This document shows, one piece after another, positions 61,382 through 64,000 of a stretch of 64,000 nucleotides of DNA (position 1 is its first letter; every line of letters begins with the position of its first letter). This stretch comes from Candidatus Helarchaeota archaeon (GTDB lineage Archaea > Asgardarchaeota > Lokiarchaeia > Helarchaeales > RDOG01). The translations under genes and the position numbers were made by a program. The notes under the pieces were generated by a model. The model worked only from the letters and a program-made list of their open reading frames with translations, searched no databases and was not told the origin of the DNA. The stretch covers positions 1,165,910-1,229,909 of the forward strand of contig JAHPZH010000002.1 of NCBI GenBank assembly GCA_019058315.1, written 5' to 3'.

Positions 61382-61603
61382 TTAAATGCTTTGTAATGCG
61401 ATTTTAATATCTTCTTTAGAAACAGTTTTTCTTTTTGCATGTTTTGTTAGTTCAAGTGCTTTTTTAGTAATGGTAATGGCTGTATCTTGTAGCCAATCCA
61501 TCAAAGCTGTGATAGCATCTGCGCTTACAATGTTTGCATCAGCTTCTACTTTCATTAATCTTCTTAAAGCAGTTTTGGTTATAACTTTAGCTTTTTTTGC
61601 CAT
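61382..61603 (-). CDS. Archaeal histone
   Basis: Histone fold: ALRRLMK..VSADA..HAKRKTVSKEDI. Confidence 0.92.
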   Translation of the reverse strand: MAKKAKVITKTALRRLMKVEADANIVSADAITALMDWLQDTAITITKKALELTKHAKRKTVSKEDIKIALQSI

Positions 61604-61789
61604 ATTTCAAACCTCAAAAAAATTATTTTTAATCAAAAATTATGGATTTTTTTAAGTCCAAAATTTTTTTAGTACAAAATCTTTTGTATAAGATTTGTCT
61701 AATGAGAAAAAAAGGCTAAACTCATATATAAATCATTCGATCTCAATTTTAGAATTTGGATTTCCGACAAATTTTTTAATGATATTTTT

Positions 61790-61909
61790 TTAGATGAAAT
61801 GATTTTTGTCGGTTTCTTCCTCATGAAACGCGGTTAAAAATATTATACCTAATATGACTAAAGTGATTCCCAATATTTGAAAAATTATTAATTTTTCATC
61901 AAATAACAA
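61790..61909 (-). pseudogene. Remnant of a DMT/EamA transporter C-terminal helix (LLFDEKLIIFQILGITLVILGIIFLTAFHEEETDKNHFI)
   Basis: Matches the lf.E.l...qilGi.lvi.Gi pattern. In-frame stop lies 4 codons upstream (61919-61921). Confidence 0.55.
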
Positions 61910-61994
61910 ATTTATCCCTTAAAGAACTAATATCATCTAAATCAATAAACAATAATTGTTTAAAAATATGAAAGCTGTAATGTAAAATTTTAAA

Positions 61995-63128
61995 CTAATT
62001 TTCATTATTTTTTGGGGTTTGAAAGACTAAACAATAATGATGATGAACATTAGACACATAAACGCTGGGATATCCCCAAATTCCCATAAATTTTTGATCT
62101 TGACACCATATAAATTCTTGGCGAAGTTGTAGAAACTCAGTTAGTTTATATGCAATATCCCAAGCTATTGGTAGCATAATTCCATCCTTAGGGCGAACAT
62201 TTTGAATGATAATCATAATATATCCTTCAGGAACCATTAATTTAACAATTTGCTTAAAAATGCCCGATATTTCATCTAAATATCGATCATATTTTTCAAT
62301 ATTCCCCAAATCTCTTCTATCCTCGCTATATTTCTCATCAAATCCTTGACTAACTCTTTGTTTTAAAGTAGATTTTACACCACCTCTTGATTGTCCCAAT
62401 ATATTCCAATATGGGGGTGAGGTAATTACAAATTTTACCTTGGGATATTTCATCTCTTCCCAAACTCTAAAACATTCTCTACTATCCGAATTAAATATTT
62501 TATATACTCTTTTAACCTTTTTATCTTCTATAAATTTATCTAATGTTTGTGTACTTGAAATTGTCCTTTTTTGAGTGTATTCTGCATACTTTGGATTTAA
62601 TTCAATTCCCCAGCAGTTTCGTTTTAATTCCATACAAGCGACAAGAGTACTTCCAATCCCCATAAATGGATCAAATACCCAATCACCTTTTTTTGTAAAG
62701 AATTCAATAAAGTGCTTTGCAAGATCTGGGGGATAACTTGCTGGATGATCTTTTATTTCATCCGGAATATCTGATGGCTTACCATCTACAACCAACCAAC
62801 TCTTTGTATGTCTCAACCATTCCTTTCCAGTTAGATCATTCAACTTATTCTTTTTATTATAATCTCCCTTTACTTCACAATCAAATTCTATTTGTCTAGT
62901 GACTTTAGCCAATTGACGAAATACTTTAGCAGTATTAATAAAATTCCCATTCTGGTAAAATTCCTTAGCTTTTTGAATTAATTTTTGAACTTCAGGAATA
63001 TTTCTCTTTATAATTTCTGGTGAACCTTTTTTATAATTCGAATTATTATCAAAATTTTGTAAAACTTCGGGATCAATGTTCCAATTGGAAATTTTTTTCG
63101 AAATATCCCTTGATTTTAATTTTGTCAT
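61995..63128 (-). CDS. Amino-DNA methyltransferase (N4-C/N6-A, SPPY type)
   Basis: HPASYP; motif I FDPFMGIGST precedes motif IV TSPPY. Confidence 0.85.
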   Translation of the reverse strand: MTKLKSRDISKKISNWNIDPEVLQNFDNNSNYKKGSPEIIKRNIPEVQKLIQKAKEFYQNGNFINTAKVFRQLAKVTRQIEFDCEVKGDYNKKNKLNDLTGKEWLRHTKSWLVVDGKPSDIPDEIKDHPASYPPDLAKHFIEFFTKKGDWVFDPFMGIGSTLVACMELKRNCWGIELNPKYAEYTQKRTISSTQTLDKFIEDKKVKRVYKIFNSDSRECFRVWEEMKYPKVKFVITSPPYWNILGQSRGGVKSTLKQRVSQGFDEKYSEDRRDLGNIEKYDRYLDEISGIFKQIVKLMVPEGYIMIIIQNVRPKDGIMLPIAWDIAYKLTEFLQLRQEFIWCQDQKFMGIWGYPSVYVSNVHHHYCLVFQTPKNNEN

Positions 63129-63245
63129 ATTGAAACGCCCTATAACGGATGAAAATCCATTAAATATACATATTTTTTTGAGAATTTTAATTTAAATATT
63201 TTAAAAATTTAATCAAAACAGAATAAGTTGATAAGGAATATTTAA

Positions 63246-64000
63246 ATGAAAAATGTCGCTATCCCTGAAAAAAATCTAACATCGAAAAAAATGGCATTTT
63301 GGATGGCGCATTTAACCAAAGAAATCAAAGAAAAAGTAATATTTCTTTTCAAAAAGGAAAATGAATCTGACTATCTCCATAAAATTTTCTTTCTATTACA
63401 AAGAAGGTTAATTAAGGACTTGAGCACAGACAAGTTCGCTGATATTTATGCCCAAGCTATAGTTTATGGTTTATTTTCAACTAGAGTGGCGCAAAGATAT
63501 GGTTTTTCAATAGAAAATGTATTTAAGATAATTCCAGAAACTGATCTGATATTAAAAAATCTCTTTCAGGATTTAACCAGAATTGGAGAAAATCAATCTT
63601 TAAGTCCGATTTTGGGTTTGCCTAATATAAAAAACTTGAGTAAATTATTAAATAAACAGAATATTGACGTTGTGATAGAAGAGTTTAGAAAAAATAGAAA
63701 TATAGAAGATCCAATAATTCATTTTTACGAATTATTTCTAAAAGAATACGCCCCTAAACAAAGATTTGGGAAAGGTGTTTTCTACACACCAGAACCAATT
63801 GTATCATTTATTGTTCGATCAGTTGATTACTTACTTAAAACTGAATTAGGTTGCCCAGATGGTTTATCTGATATAAAAATAAAATCCTATCAATTCGAAA
63901 AAAATACTAAAAGAGTTCCTAAGATTAAGATTCTTGATCCTGCAACAGGAACGGGAACATTTTTAAAAGGTGTAATTGAAGAAATTAAAAAAATGTTTGA
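63246..64000 (+). CDS. N6-adenine DNA methyltransferase, type ISP/IIG-like (partial, runs off window)
   Basis: Hand translation from ATG 63246: FADIYAQAIVYGLF, DPIIHFYELFLKEY, GVFYTPEPIV, ILDPATGTGTFL. Confidence 0.85.
   Translation, partial: MKNVAIPEKNLTSKKMAFWMAHLTKEIKEKVIFLFKKENESDYLHKIFFLLQRRLIKDLSTDKFADIYAQAIVYGLFSTRVAQRYGFSIENVFKIIPETDLILKNLFQDLTRIGENQSLSPILGLPNIKNLSKLLNKQNIDVVIEEFRKNRNIEDPIIHFYELFLKEYAPKQRFGKGVFYTPEPIVSFIVRSVDYLLKTELGCPDGLSDIKIKSYQFEKNTKRVPKIKILDPATGTGTFLKGVIEEIKKMF

Noticed and set aside
418-62899. Numerous short overlapping ORFs in the track (e.g. 418-696, 1276-1599, 2110-2505, 3036-3464, 28995-29435, 50599-50946, 61386-61655)
   Set aside because: Antisense or off-frame shadows of well-supported genes, with no motifs.
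1-64000. CRISPR arrays, tRNA/rRNA genes, transposases
   Set aside because: No regularly spaced repeats, GC-rich cloverleaf or rRNA-like segments, or transposase motifs seen by eye. tRNAscan and Infernal were not run.

Overview
This 64 kb window is low-GC archaeal chromosome, most likely from an Asgard archaeon (Loki/Hel-type). That call rests on an archaeal histone and TyrRS, three longin-like proteins, ankyrin/LRR/TPR proteins, orphan 7-TM proteins and a K-turn SECIS. The left part (1-13 kb) is a paralog-expanded locus with two MFS transporters, three ~600-aa GH-like enzymes sharing a CNCxxC motif, and two 7-TM proteins. Each MFS gene is paired with a convergent 43-aa membrane microprotein missing from the ORF track. 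The middle holds beta-oxidation/acyl-CoA genes, an hdrB-hdrC-hdrA'-hdrA-mvhD operon with two complementary HdrA copies, ankyrin proteins, hemA, lplA and an SCP2 pair. At 40-52 kb is a split [NiFeSe] hydrogenase large subunit: vhuA plus a hidden 51-aa selenoprotein VhuU (DCULSCAAH). The UGA stop of vhuU is itself part of the core of a eukaryote-like K-turn SECIS. A maturation protease and hypD/F/E follow. The right part has AOR, a C25-like protease, tyrS, longin/roadblock proteins, a QueG/RDase-like protein, the histone, a DMT remnant and two divergent DNA methyltransferases, the last running off the window. No rRNA, tRNA, CRISPR array or transposase was recognised. All family calls come from motif reading, not database searches.
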